Assembly: GCA_964429775.1 (NCBI GenBank)
Contig: CAYSDJ010000008.1
Location: 4,261 to 68,260 of the forward strand
Length of the DNA stretch: 64,000 nt
Reading direction: 5' to 3'
Origin: an uncultured Rhizobiaceae bacterium
GTDB lineage: Bacteria > Pseudomonadota > Alphaproteobacteria > UBA828
Shown here: one piece after another, positions 18,939-28,466 of the stretch
Layout of the letters: each line of letters starts with the position of its first letter
Numbering within the stretch: position 1 is the stretch's first letter
Program-made: the position numbers and the translations under genes
The notes under the pieces: model-generated
Told to the model about the DNA's origin: nothing
Databases searched by the model: none
Seen by the model: the letters and a program-made list of their open reading frames with translations, nothing else

Positions 18939-21686
18939 ATGGTCAAAAGAATGCTTATCGACGCCAGCCATGCGGAAGAAACCCGCGTGGTGGTGGCGAA
19001 TGGAACGCGACTCGAAGAATTTGATTTCGAAACATCGACGAAGAAGCAGCTAAAAGGAAATTTCTATCTTGCCAAGGTAATGCGGGTTGAGCCCTCGTTA
19101 CAGGCTGCTTTTGTCGAATATGGCGGAAATCGTCACGGCTTTTTGCCGTTTGACGAGATTCATCCCGATTATTACCAGATCCCCGTCGCCGACAGAGAAG
19201 CGCTGTTTGCCGAACAACAGGCGGCTGTGGATGAGAGCGCGGACGAGAGTGACGAAGAGGCCGAGGGCGCCGATTCGATGGCCGCGTCCGGCAGCCGTGG
19301 CGACACTATCTCGGACAACGACGCACCTGAGGATAGCGAGGCCGAAAGCACCGGCGAGGCAGAAGAAGCGTCCGCCAGCGACGAGGAGCAAGAAAAGCCA
19401 GAAGCGCCAGATGATCCAGAGAGTGACGATGTAGAAATCGCCGCTGATAGCACGGATGGCGATGCCGCAGTGGAACCGGATGCGGCATCCGAAGAAGATT
19501 CGGACACGACGGAAGAAGAAACCGTATCCGAGGAAGAAATCGCGGCGGCGGCGGAAGATTCGGGCGATGAGGAAATCGCACCGAACGAAAACCGCGTCGC
19601 CAAAGCCAATGAATCGGTCGAGACCCTGGGTGGGGACGAAATAGACGATGAAGCGCAGCGCCGGCTCCATGTCAGCCGCTCGCTGCTGTCCAGGCGCTAC
19701 AAGATTCAGGAAGTGATCAAAAAGCGCCAGATCATGCTGATCCAGGTGGTCAAGGAGGAACGCGGCAACAAGGGCGCGGCACTGACGACCTACCTTTCCC
19801 TGGCCGGACGCTATTGCGTGCTGATGCCAAATGCCGTTCGTGGCGGCGGTATCTCGCGTAAAATCGTCAACGCGGAAGACCGCAAGCGCCTGAAAACGAT
19901 TACCAAGGAGCTCAAGGTTCCGGCCCGCATGGCGATGATCGTGCGCACCGCCGGCCTCGCCCGCACGCGGGCTGAGATCAAACGCGATTTTGAATATCTC
20001 CTGCGCCAGTGGGAAGGCATTCGCGAGGCGACGCTCGAATCGAGTGCGCCGGTGCTCATAAACGAAGAAGCCAATCTGATCCGGCGCTCGATCCGCGACC
20101 TCTATTCACGCGATATCGATCAAATTCTGGTCGAAGGCGATGACGGCTACCGCATTGCCAAGGATTTCATGCGCACGCTGATTCCCAGCCATGGCGCCAA
20201 GGTGCAGCCCTACCGCGACCGAATTCCGCTGTTCGCCCGCTACCAGATCGAGAGCCAATTGGACGCCATGTATAGCGCCCAGGTGCAATTGCGTTCCGGC
20301 GGCTATCTCGTCATCAACCCGACCGAAGCGCTGGTCTCGATCGATGTCAATTCGGGCCGCGCCACCAAGCAGCGGACGATCGGGGAAACCGCACTCAAGA
20401 CCAATCAGGAAGCAGCGGATGAAATTGCCCGCCAGTTGCGCCTGCGCGATTTGGCCGGCCTCGTCGTTATCGATTTCATCGACATGGACGAGAACCGCAA
20501 CCAGCGCAATATCGAGCGGCGCTTCAAGGAAGCCATGCGCAATGACCGCGCACGCATTCAAATCGGCCGCATCAGCCCGTTCGGCTTGCTGGAACTGTCG
20601 CGCCAACGCTTGCGCCCGAGCCTCCTGGAGACAGCAACGGAAGTGTGCGCCACCTGCACCGGCACCGGCGTGGTACGGGCCACGTCTTCATCCGCCGTGC
20701 ATGTCCTCCGGGCGATCGAGGAGGAGGGCCTGCGCGAACGTAGCGCCGAAATCCGCGTCTCGGTGCCTGGCCAGATTGCGCTTTACATACTCAACCACAA
20801 ACGCCAGGCGCTGAGCGAAATCGAATCGCTCTACGGCATGACGGTTGATTTCAAGGAAGACGCCAGCCTGATACCGCCGATGTATACGATCGAGACGCTA
20901 AGCGCACGCGAAGGCGCGCCGTCGGAGGCAGCGCTGGAAATTGCCCGGGTCGAGGAAGCTTCGAAAGCCGAGCGCGAGACACCGGCCGCGTCCGACGGTG
21001 AGGAACAGCCGCGCCGCCGGCGCAGACGGCGCAAGCCGCGCGGTGCCAGAAGCGAAGAAAGCCGTGACAGCAAGGTTGCCGATGGCGATGGCAGCGAAGC
21101 GGCTGAAACGGGCGAAGCGGCATCAGCGTCCGCTACCCCGGCCGCCGAAGAGGGCGAAGAGGGTACACGCAGCAAGCGCCGTCGGCGTGGCCGGCGCGGC
21201 GGGCGGCGGCGCAATTCTCGCAACCGTGAGGCTTCGGAGGAGAGCACGGCCCAGGCCCCAGAAGGTGCTGAGGTGGTTGAGGGCGCCGATTCCACCGAGC
21301 CCGGCGAGGCGGTTGCCACAACCGAATCCGGCGACGACAGCAAAACTGAAAGCGCTGCGCAGGATACGGCTGAGACTGAACAAAAAAAACCCAAACGGCG
21401 AAGCCGCCGCAGCCCCAGACGCAAGCCGAAAAAAGCGGCGGACGCGGAAAGCGCCGCTGCGCCGGTGGAAGATGGCGGCGAGAGCGATGCCCCGAAAGAG
21501 AGCGCGCCCTCAAGCGATACGCCAAGCGGGGGAGAGACGGACTCCCCTGCCCCGGCAGCACCTGTCGCGGCACAGAGTGCATCTCAAGACGCCCCAGCCG
21601 GCGGTGACACGAAGGCCGAACAAAAGCCGGCAGACGGCGACGAGGCGCCGCGTCGAGGCGGATGGTGGCAGCGCGTTCTGTCGTAA
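18939..21686 (+). CDS. rne: ribonuclease E
   Basis: N-terminal catalytic S1/DNase-I-like region (MVKRMLIDAS...FVEYGGNRHGFLP). The C-terminal half is an acidic then Arg/Pro-rich low-complexity scaffold region typical of RNase E. Confidence 0.9.
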   Translation: MVKRMLIDASHAEETRVVVANGTRLEEFDFETSTKKQLKGNFYLAKVMRVEPSLQAAFVEYGGNRHGFLPFDEIHPDYYQIPVADREALFAEQQAAVDESADESDEEAEGADSMAASGSRGDTISDNDAPEDSEAESTGEAEEASASDEEQEKPEAPDDPESDDVEIAADSTDGDAAVEPDAASEEDSDTTEEETVSEEEIAAAAEDSGDEEIAPNENRVAKANESVETLGGDEIDDEAQRRLHVSRSLLSRRYKIQEVIKKRQIMLIQVVKEERGNKGAALTTYLSLAGRYCVLMPNAVRGGGISRKIVNAEDRKRLKTITKELKVPARMAMIVRTAGLARTRAEIKRDFEYLLRQWEGIREATLESSAPVLINEEANLIRRSIRDLYSRDIDQILVEGDDGYRIAKDFMRTLIPSHGAKVQPYRDRIPLFARYQIESQLDAMYSAQVQLRSGGYLVINPTEALVSIDVNSGRATKQRTIGETALKTNQEAADEIARQLRLRDLAGLVVIDFIDMDENRNQRNIERRFKEAMRNDRARIQIGRISPFGLLELSRQRLRPSLLETATEVCATCTGTGVVRATSSSAVHVLRAIEEEGLRERSAEIRVSVPGQIALYILNHKRQALSEIESLYGMTVDFKEDASLIPPMYTIETLSAREGAPSEAALEIARVEEASKAERETPAASDGEEQPRRRRRRRKPRGARSEESRDSKVADGDGSEAAETGEAASASATPAAEEGEEGTRSKRRRRGRRGGRRRNSRNREASEESTAQAPEGAEVVEGADSTEPGEAVATTESGDDSKTESAAQDTAETEQKKPKRRSRRSPRRKPKKAADAESAAAPVEDGGESDAPKESAPSSDTPSGGETDSPAPAAPVAAQSASQDAPAGGDTKAEQKPADGDEAPRRGGWWQRVLS

Positions 21687-21701
21687 CCGTCCGGGGGATC
21701 G

Positions 21702-22850
21702 CTATTCGGGTTTTAACCAGCCGATAAGGGCTTCCGCAGCGCGCGCAACGGTGGCGCTGTCGGCGGCGAAGGAAAAGCGCACATAATGGTTGCCGCGCCC
21801 GGTATCGAAATCGATGCCGGGCGTCGCCGCAACACCGGTCGCCTGCAGCATTTGGCGGCAGAATTTTTCTGAATCATTGGTCAGGCGGGTAACGTCAGCG
21901 TAGACGTAAAACGCGCCGTCGCATGGGGCGAGGTCGCCAAATCCGGCTTCCGGCAAGGCGCGCTGTAAGATTTTGCGGTTCTCGGCATAGCGCGCAACGT
22001 TGAGGTCAAGCTCCTCGCGGCAATCGAAGGCGGCAATTGCCGCGCGTTGGGCCAGTGCCGGCGGCGAAATGAATATGTTTTGCGCCAGACGTTCGATCGG
22101 TCTGACGAAATCGGGCGGCACGATAATCCAGCCGAGGCGCCAACCGGTCATGGCGAAATATTTGGAAAATCCGTTAGCGACGATTGCGTTGCCGGTGAAT
22201 GCCAACACCGTCTCCGCCGGCTCGCCATAGGTGATGCCGTGATAGATCTCATCGGAGATAATGCGGATGCCTTGGGCATCGCAATATTTCACCACGGCTT
22301 CGAATTCCGCCAGTGGAATCATCGTTCCGGTCGGGTTCGACGGGCTGGCGACGATCAATCCCTGAACCGGCTTGTCCAGGCGTTTGAGCAATTCGACGGT
22401 CGGTTGAAACCGCGTCTCGGGGCCGGCGGGAAGGCCGACAACTTCCAAGCCAAGTGCGCTCAAAGTATTGCGATAGGCGGGATAGCTCGGCTCCGCCATG
22501 GCGATACGGTCACCGACATCAAAGGCCGTAAGAAAGGCGAGCAACAGACCGCCGGAAGAGCCCATGGTGACGGCGATCTGTTCCGGAGCCACCGTTTGGC
22601 CGTAATACTCCTGATAATGCTCGGCAATGCGGGCGCGCAAGGCCGGGTCACCCTCCGATTCGGTGTAGCCGAGCTTGGAATTGTCGAGCGCCGCATGGGC
22701 AGCCGCCAGGACTTTGCTCGGCGCGCCGCTGCCCGGCTCACCCGCTTCCATATGCATGATTTCGACGCCGTCATCCGCCATCTCATTCGCCGATTTAAGA
22801 ATTTCCATGGCGTAAAACGGCGCTACATCGGAGCGCTTGGATATTTTCAT
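21702..22850 (-). CDS. PLP-dependent aminotransferase, class I/II
   Basis: ATG at 22850 (MKISKRSDV...). Class-I aminotransferase core with a PLP-Lys region (SKYFAMTGWRLGW). Confidence 0.8.
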   Translation of the reverse strand: MKISKRSDVAPFYAMEILKSANEMADDGVEIMHMEAGEPGSGAPSKVLAAAHAALDNSKLGYTESEGDPALRARIAEHYQEYYGQTVAPEQIAVTMGSSGGLLLAFLTAFDVGDRIAMAEPSYPAYRNTLSALGLEVVGLPAGPETRFQPTVELLKRLDKPVQGLIVASPSNPTGTMIPLAEFEAVVKYCDAQGIRIISDEIYHGITYGEPAETVLAFTGNAIVANGFSKYFAMTGWRLGWIIVPPDFVRPIERLAQNIFISPPALAQRAAIAAFDCREELDLNVARYAENRKILQRALPEAGFGDLAPCDGAFYVYADVTRLTNDSEKFCRQMLQATGVAATPGIDFDTGRGNHYVRFSFAADSATVARAAEALIGWLKPE

Positions 22851-22866
22851 GATGATGGATTCCTGA

Positions 22867-24525
22867 CTACAAATCGCCGCCGCTGGCGAGGCCGTAACCG
22901 CGGCGATCCGATTCGAACGTGCAGGTCTCCGGGCTGCGCGGCAAGCCACCCGGGCAGTGAATGGCGTTGACGCGCCCGATTTCGCGAACATCGAACACTT
23001 CATGTTTATGCTGAACTAGGCTTTGGCGCACCGCCGCCGGCAGATCGGGCTCGACGAATACGGCGTTCGGCACACCGCCATGGTGCAAACGAGGCGCCCG
23101 AATGGCATCGCGCAGCGGCCTTTCTTCCAGAAGCGCGCGGCGCATGACGCTGGCCAAGGCCGAGGGCGCCGCCGCGCCGCCGGTCGAGGCGCCGGCAAAG
23201 AATACCTGACTGGTATTGTGATTGGCGACAATGATCGGTGCGAGAGAGGTGGTGGCGCTGCCGGATTGCGCCGGTGACGCAGCGAGTAGGATGCCCGTGC
23301 CCGGCACAATTCGCCCGGTGCCGAACAGATTGTTCATGGTCACGGCACAGGAGACCGTGAGGCCGCGCTGATCGACCGTCACAAAGCTGGTGGCGGCGGG
23401 GTTTTCGAGCCGGCGTTTCGGCGCCGGCTTGAGCGCTTGCGGCGAAGTCGCGCGGCCCGCCTTGTAGGATGCCATGCTCGCTTGCAGGCGTGCCATATCG
23501 AATCCGGCCGCTGTGCCGCCATCGAGCCAATTCTGCCGGTCGGCAAAGGCGCGTTTCGAAATCTCGGCGATTAGATGCGCGTGCTCGCCATCGGCCACAC
23601 CAAGAAAGCGTCCATCCTCCGCCAACAGAGAGAATATTGCCCCGGCGGTGAGCCCGCCAGCGACGGGCGGTGCGGCGGTGTGAATAACATGATGGCCAAA
23701 GGGAAATCTGACACTCTCCCGCCATTGCGGGCTGTAGGCGCGCAACTCCGCCTTGTTTATAGCGCCGCGAGCCTGAGAGATGCCGGCAATCATTTTTTTG
23801 GCGATCGAGCCGATATAGAAATCCCCTGCCCCGCGCAGCCGCAACTGCGACAGCACCGCACCCAAATCAAGCTGGCGTATGAGATCTCCCTCGGAAATCG
23901 GTTCGCCGGCCGCGTTGAGAAAAACTCGGCGCAGTTCAGGGTCGGTAAAGAGTGCCGGTCCGGCGAGGCGCAGATCGCGCGCCAGGGCGCGGCTGACCTG
24001 ATGGCCAAATCGGGCAAATCCCTCCGCCGGCGACAGCAATTGCGACCATTTGAGCCGGCCGTAACGCGCCTGCAAGGCATACATGCCGCGCACATTTCCT
24101 GGAACCGCATTGGGACGGCTTATGGATTCGTCCCGGGCCGCCGCCGGGGGGGCAAAAAATTCGATAATTTCCGTGCTGTCGCCGTCATCCTCGTCAGGTT
24201 GATGGACGAGACAGAGGCCACCGCCGCCAAGGCTCGCGGTCGAGGGATAGGTGACGGCAAGGGTAAAATAGAGCGCCACTGCAGCATCCGCGGCATTGCC
24301 GCCAGCCGCCAACACATCGCGCGCCACCAGCGCGGCGCGCGGCTCATCGGCCACGGCGCCGCCGAAATAGCGGGTGGATTCAAACATCGAAATATCTGGT
24401 AAAGTCTGGGTAACTTCGCAACCGCCCAATAAAACCAGCGCCGCCGCCGCAAGGACGGCACGCCGGTGCAGTCGGGAGACTCGCTTCGTTAACGAATTTG
24501 CCCCAAGGGAAACTACTTTGACCAT
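22867..24525 (-). CDS. gamma-glutamyltransferase family protein (lipoprotein signal)
   Basis: Lipobox LVLLGGC and GGT-family blocks. The start is uncertain (ATG at 24525 or 24555). The 24525 start would overlap the divergent bepA-like start. Confidence 0.75.
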   Translation of the reverse strand: MVKVVSLGANSLTKRVSRLHRRAVLAAAALVLLGGCEVTQTLPDISMFESTRYFGGAVADEPRAALVARDVLAAGGNAADAAVALYFTLAVTYPSTASLGGGGLCLVHQPDEDDGDSTEIIEFFAPPAAARDESISRPNAVPGNVRGMYALQARYGRLKWSQLLSPAEGFARFGHQVSRALARDLRLAGPALFTDPELRRVFLNAAGEPISEGDLIRQLDLGAVLSQLRLRGAGDFYIGSIAKKMIAGISQARGAINKAELRAYSPQWRESVRFPFGHHVIHTAAPPVAGGLTAGAIFSLLAEDGRFLGVADGEHAHLIAEISKRAFADRQNWLDGGTAAGFDMARLQASMASYKAGRATSPQALKPAPKRRLENPAATSFVTVDQRGLTVSCAVTMNNLFGTGRIVPGTGILLAASPAQSGSATTSLAPIIVANHNTSQVFFAGASTGGAAAPSALASVMRRALLEERPLRDAIRAPRLHHGGVPNAVFVEPDLPAAVRQSLVQHKHEVFDVREIGRVNAIHCPGGLPRSPETCTFESDRRGYGLASGGDL

Positions 24526-25867
24526 ATTCAAAGCGCGCACGGTCGGCTTCGTCATCGCAATATTTGTTTCAATGTTGGTGGTTGCTCCGCCGGTAGAGGC
24601 AAAAGGATTATCGCTTATCCGCGATACGGAAGTTGAAAATACCATCCGCGCCTATGCGGCGCCACTATTCACAGCCGCCGGATTGGATGCGGCTGCGGTA
24701 AAAGTGCACATTGTCAATGATTCACGCCTCAATGCCTTCGTTGCCGGCGGCTTGAATTTGTTCGTCAATACCGGCCTGTTGATGGCGAGCGATAATCCGG
24801 ACCAGATTATCGGCGTTTTCGCGCATGAGACCGGCCATATTGCCGGCGGCCATTTGGCGCGCACCCGTGAAGCCGTCGAAAACGCCACAGCGGAGGCCAT
24901 TTTGGCCTATATCCTGGGCGCCGCCGCGATTGTGGCCGGTGGCGGCGAAGCCGGCGGCGCCATCATCGGCAGCGGCCAGGCGATAGCGCAACAGTCGCTC
25001 ATCCGCTACAGCCGGGCGCAGGAGCAGGCGGCGGACCAGGCGGCGGTACGCTACCTTGAAAGCGTCGGGCGCTCGGCTGAAGGCATGCTTGAGGTATTTC
25101 ATAAATTGGAGGACCAGGAATTGCTCGTACCGGAGCGCCAGGACCCCTATGTGCGCTCGCACCCGCTTACCCGCGACCGGATTCGATTCGTGCAAAATTT
25201 CATCGAGTCGTCGACCTACTCGACCACCAAATCGAGTGCCGACGAGCTTATGGCGCACAACCGGATGGTGGCCAAACTATATTCATTTCTGAACTCACCG
25301 GGCCGGACCCTTCGGACCTACCGCACCAGCGATACCAGCCTGCCGGCCAGGTATGCGCGCGCCATCGCCTATTTCAAAATCCCCGATCTCGAAAAGGCAA
25401 TTGGCGAAATCGACTCACTCCTCAGGGAATATCCCAACGACCCGTGGTTCCACGAGGTAAAGGGGCAAATATTGTTCGAAAATGGCCATATTGCGCTCTC
25501 GGTTGCGCCCTATGAGCGCGCCGTCGCATTGCGCCCCGACGAGGCTCTCCTCAGGCTCGGACTGGCGCGCGCCCAAATCGAGATAAACGATCCGTTATTC
25601 AACAAAAAAGCGATAGAAAACCTGATCATCGCGGTGCGCTCGGAACCCAATCATGCGCAACACTGGCATTTTCTCGGCATCGCTTATGGCCGTGACAAGC
25701 AACTGGCGCAATCTTCCCTCGCCCTGGCCGAGGCATCGATTTTGCGCGGCGAGTTTGTTGAGGCAAAATATCATGCCGAGAAGGCTAAACGCGGGTTGGA
25801 AAATGGCTCTCCGGCCTATTTGCGCGCCGAGGATATCAGCATGGCAGCAAACCACGGCAACCGATAA
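24518..25867 (+). CDS. M48-family metalloprotease with C-terminal TPR repeats (BepA/YfgC-like)
   Basis: Signal peptide and HETGH zinc motif with a downstream Glu. The C-terminal TPR region resembles BepA. The putative TTG start at 24518 is preceded by AAGGGA. Confidence 0.75.
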   Translation: MTIFKARTVGFVIAIFVSMLVVAPPVEAKGLSLIRDTEVENTIRAYAAPLFTAAGLDAAAVKVHIVNDSRLNAFVAGGLNLFVNTGLLMASDNPDQIIGVFAHETGHIAGGHLARTREAVENATAEAILAYILGAAAIVAGGGEAGGAIIGSGQAIAQQSLIRYSRAQEQAADQAAVRYLESVGRSAEGMLEVFHKLEDQELLVPERQDPYVRSHPLTRDRIRFVQNFIESSTYSTTKSSADELMAHNRMVAKLYSFLNSPGRTLRTYRTSDTSLPARYARAIAYFKIPDLEKAIGEIDSLLREYPNDPWFHEVKGQILFENGHIALSVAPYERAVALRPDEALLRLGLARAQIEINDPLFNKKAIENLIIAVRSEPNHAQHWHFLGIAYGRDKQLAQSSLALAEASILRGEFVEAKYHAEKAKRGLENGSPAYLRAEDISMAANHGNR

Positions 25868-26252
25868 AAATATCCACAAGCAACAAATTGCGGTCTTACC
25901 GCGGTGGTTATGCACGGTCCAACGATTGTACCACAAATTTTGGAACCAAAATGAAACATAATTAACCAAAGATCCTGTGGTATGACCGATATGTAGTTTC
26001 GTATTACATTGTTTATTTACAAATTATTATATTGCAAAAAGGATGTAATACACGACCATTTGTCAGACACGATTCCGTGCTATGTTCCGAGTTCGTAAAT
26101 TATAGCCGGATTGGCAATAGTTCACTGATCGTTCTGTACTACACCACAGTATTTAACTAAATCATGAGTTAATATCGTTAACTTATTGATATAAGACCCG
26201 TTTATACCGATTCTAACTTGATCACTTCAGCCCGATCCCGGCCGAAACGGAT
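25868..26252. other. AT-rich non-coding island between convergent genes, with inverted repeats (26001..26051 hairpin; GTTAA-N5-TTAAC at 26168..26182)
   Basis: About 385 bp of roughly 35% GC DNA in a genome of about 60% GC. It holds no credible ORF and several palindromes. Confidence 0.5.
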
Positions 26253-27254
26253 CTAAATCAGACCGCCGAGCGGCGACGACGGGTCGGCATATTGTTTTTT
26301 CGCCATTCGCCCGGCCAAATAGGCCATTCTGCCCGCTTCCACCGCGAGACGCATGGCATGGGCCATGGCGATCGGGTCCTTGGCCTCCGCGATGGCTGTG
26401 TTCATCAACACGCCGTCACAGCCAAGCTCCATGGCAATCGCCGCATCCGAAGCCGTGCCCACCCCGGCATCAACAAGAACCGGGACCGAGCTGTTTTCGA
26501 TGATAATGCGCAGATTCACGGGATTTTGCACGCCAAGGCCGGAGCCGATCGGCGCCGCCAATGGCATGATCGAGACAGCGCCCAAATCTTCCAGCTTTTT
26601 CGCCATTATCGGGTCGTCGCTGCAATAGACCATGACATCGAAACCCTCTTTGACCAGCAATTCGGTGGCGCTCAGGGTTTCGATCATGTTCGGGTAAAGG
26701 GTGGTTTGGTCGCCCAAAACCTCCAATTTCACCAGTTTCCAGCCCCCCGCCTCACGCGCCAGGCGGAGCGTGCGCACCGCGTCTTCGGCGGTAAAACAGC
26801 CGGCGGTATTGGGCAGATAGGTATATTTCTTGGGGTCGAGATAATCGACCAGCATCGGCTCATCCGGGTTGCTCACATTGACGCGTCGGACGGCAACCGT
26901 GACGATTTCCGCCCCCGAGGCCTCGGCGGCACGGGCGGTTTCGGGGAAATCGCGGTATTTTCCGGTGCCGATAATGAGACGGGAAGTGAATTTCCGCCCG
27001 GCCACGCTCCAGCCCTGCCCCTCGCCGTCAAGCACCGGCGCGGCGCTTGCGGCGCTGCCGCCACCGATGAAATGGACGATCTCCAAGCGGTCCCCGTCCT
27101 CCACCGGCGTGCCGTCATAGGCGCCCTTCGGCACAATCTCGAGATTGCGCTCCACGGCGATCTTGCGCGGGTCGAAGCCGAGGCTCCGCAACATGGAATT
27201 GACCGTCAGGGGACCGTCAAAATTACGCGCTTCGCCATTAATCTGAATCTGCAT
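26253..27254 (-). CDS. thiG: ThiS-ThiG fusion (sulfur carrier + thiazole synthase)
   Basis: The N-terminal 66 aa form a ThiS-like domain ending ...VHFIGGG. It continues in frame into ThiG (LIIGTGKY..., Schiff-base Lys region). ATG at 27254. Confidence 0.8.
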   Translation of the reverse strand: MQIQINGEARNFDGPLTVNSMLRSLGFDPRKIAVERNLEIVPKGAYDGTPVEDGDRLEIVHFIGGGSAASAAPVLDGEGQGWSVAGRKFTSRLIIGTGKYRDFPETARAAEASGAEIVTVAVRRVNVSNPDEPMLVDYLDPKKYTYLPNTAGCFTAEDAVRTLRLAREAGGWKLVKLEVLGDQTTLYPNMIETLSATELLVKEGFDVMVYCSDDPIMAKKLEDLGAVSIMPLAAPIGSGLGVQNPVNLRIIIENSSVPVLVDAGVGTASDAAIAMELGCDGVLMNTAIAEAKDPIAMAHAMRLAVEAGRMAYLAGRMAKKQYADPSSPLGGLI

Positions 27255-27480
27255 TTCGCCGCTTTTATCCTTCCACCGGCGGCGGGCCGCGCCCGGCCGC
27301 CATATTGCAAACCAATCTGAATTAGAGTATGGCCACGTCCCTCGGCATTTCAACCGTTTGGGCGATCAAGCGGCGAAATTGCATAATAAACGCCCGAACC
27401 GCAGATTGAACCGAGACAATCGCTGAGCACGCGCCCGCTCTCTCTTGGTGCTAATAAGTTTGAATTGGTTTAGTATGGTT
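27255..27480 (-). promoter_or_regulatory. thiS-thiG leader; possible TPP riboswitch (unconfirmed)
   Basis: The 225-nt leader lies upstream of a thiamine biosynthesis gene. The minus strand contains CTTGATCGCCC...TGCCGAGGGA, which loosely resembles the 3' half of the THI element. No clean CUGAGA box was seen. Confidence 0.25.
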
Positions 27481-27485
27481 GCCCG

Positions 27486-27929
27486 ATGACACACAAAATC
27501 TTGATATTAAACGGCCCCAACCTCAATATGTTGGGCGAGCGCGAGCCGGAAATCTACGGCAGCGATTCCCTGGAGGGAATTGGCGTGGCTTGCCAGCACA
27601 AAGGTCAGACACTTGGCATGGCGGTTGATTTCCGCCAATCGAACGCGGAAGGCGAGCTCGTCACCTGGATTCAGTCGGCGGCAAAGGGTTATTCGGGAAT
27701 CGTCTTGAATGCGGCCGCCTATAGCCATACATCAATTGCCATTCTCGACGCCTTGCGGGCTGTCGATCTGCCGGTAATCGAGGTTCATTTGTCCAATATT
27801 CACCGGCGTGAGTCCTTCAGGCGTCATTCCTATGTATCCCAGGCGGCGCTCGGCGTCATTTGCGGCCTGGGCGCCCAGAGCTACCTGCTGGCGCTTGATG
27901 CGCTGGCCAGAATACTTGATGAGGAATAA
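27486..27929 (+). CDS. aroQ: 3-dehydroquinate dehydratase type II
   Basis: ILILNGPNLNMLGEREPEIYG and AAYSHTSIA motifs. It sits upstream of accB-accC in the classic operon arrangement. Confidence 0.9.
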   Translation: MTHKILILNGPNLNMLGEREPEIYGSDSLEGIGVACQHKGQTLGMAVDFRQSNAEGELVTWIQSAAKGYSGIVLNAAAYSHTSIAILDALRAVDLPVIEVHLSNIHRRESFRRHSYVSQAALGVICGLGAQSYLLALDALARILDEE

Positions 27930-27933
27930 GTAA

Positions 27934-28431
27934 ATGGCGGCGGAACTGCCTTTAGAAAAACGCGAAGACGGGCCGCGCAGAGCCGATTTCGACCTGATTC
28001 GCGAATTGGCCGCGCTGTTGGACGAAACCGGTTTGAGCGAGATTGAAATCGGCGAAGGGCCGGAACGCATCCGCGTGGCGCGGACCATGGCCGGCGCCGC
28101 TGTCGCTGCACCGGCGCCTCAGGCCGCGCCCGCAATCGAGCCGCCGAGCGGCGACGCGGGCGAAGCGCCACAGGCGGTGAATATCGATTCAAACCATCCC
28201 GGTGCGGTGATTTCCCCCCTTGTCGGCGTTGCCTTCCACGCCCCGGAGCCTGGCGCCGAGCCGTTCGTCAAGGTCGGCGATTCGGTCAGCGAGGGACAAA
28301 CCCTGTTTATCGTCGAGGCGATGAAGACGATGAACCCGATCAAAGCGCCGCGCGGCGGCCGAATCGCCAAAATATTGGTCGAAAATGGCACGCCGGTGGA
28401 ATATGGCGAAGTTTTGCTGGTGCTCGAGTAA
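27934..28431 (+). CDS. accB: acetyl-CoA carboxylase biotin carboxyl carrier protein
   Basis: C-terminal biotinyl domain with the EAMKTMN biotin-Lys motif. Confidence 0.9.
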   Translation: MAAELPLEKREDGPRRADFDLIRELAALLDETGLSEIEIGEGPERIRVARTMAGAAVAAPAPQAAPAIEPPSGDAGEAPQAVNIDSNHPGAVISPLVGVAFHAPEPGAEPFVKVGDSVSEGQTLFIVEAMKTMNPIKAPRGGRIAKILVENGTPVEYGEVLLVLE

Positions 28432-28466
28432 TCGGTGCGATTCTCTGATATCGGCGGTCCCACACA

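Noticed and set aside
19098-21582. Multiple long ORFs antisense or frameshifted within rne (e.g. 19098..19670, 20106..20606, 20831..21424, 20941..21786)
   Set aside because: These lie within the RNase E catalytic and low-complexity regions. Their compositions are repetitive (Ser/Ala or Arg/Pro-rich) and there is no independent support.
22851-24645. Upstream extensions of the aminotransferase ORF (to 23003) and the GGT ORF (to 24645)
   Set aside because: The extensions overlap neighbouring genes and lack signal-peptide logic. The internal ATGs give canonical N-termini (MKISKRSD... and the lipoprotein signal).
27255-27480. Confident TPP riboswitch annotation
   Set aside because: Only a partial resemblance to the 3' half of the THI element was seen. 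No clear CUGAGA/P3 signature could be read by eye. It is downgraded to a low-confidence regulatory call.
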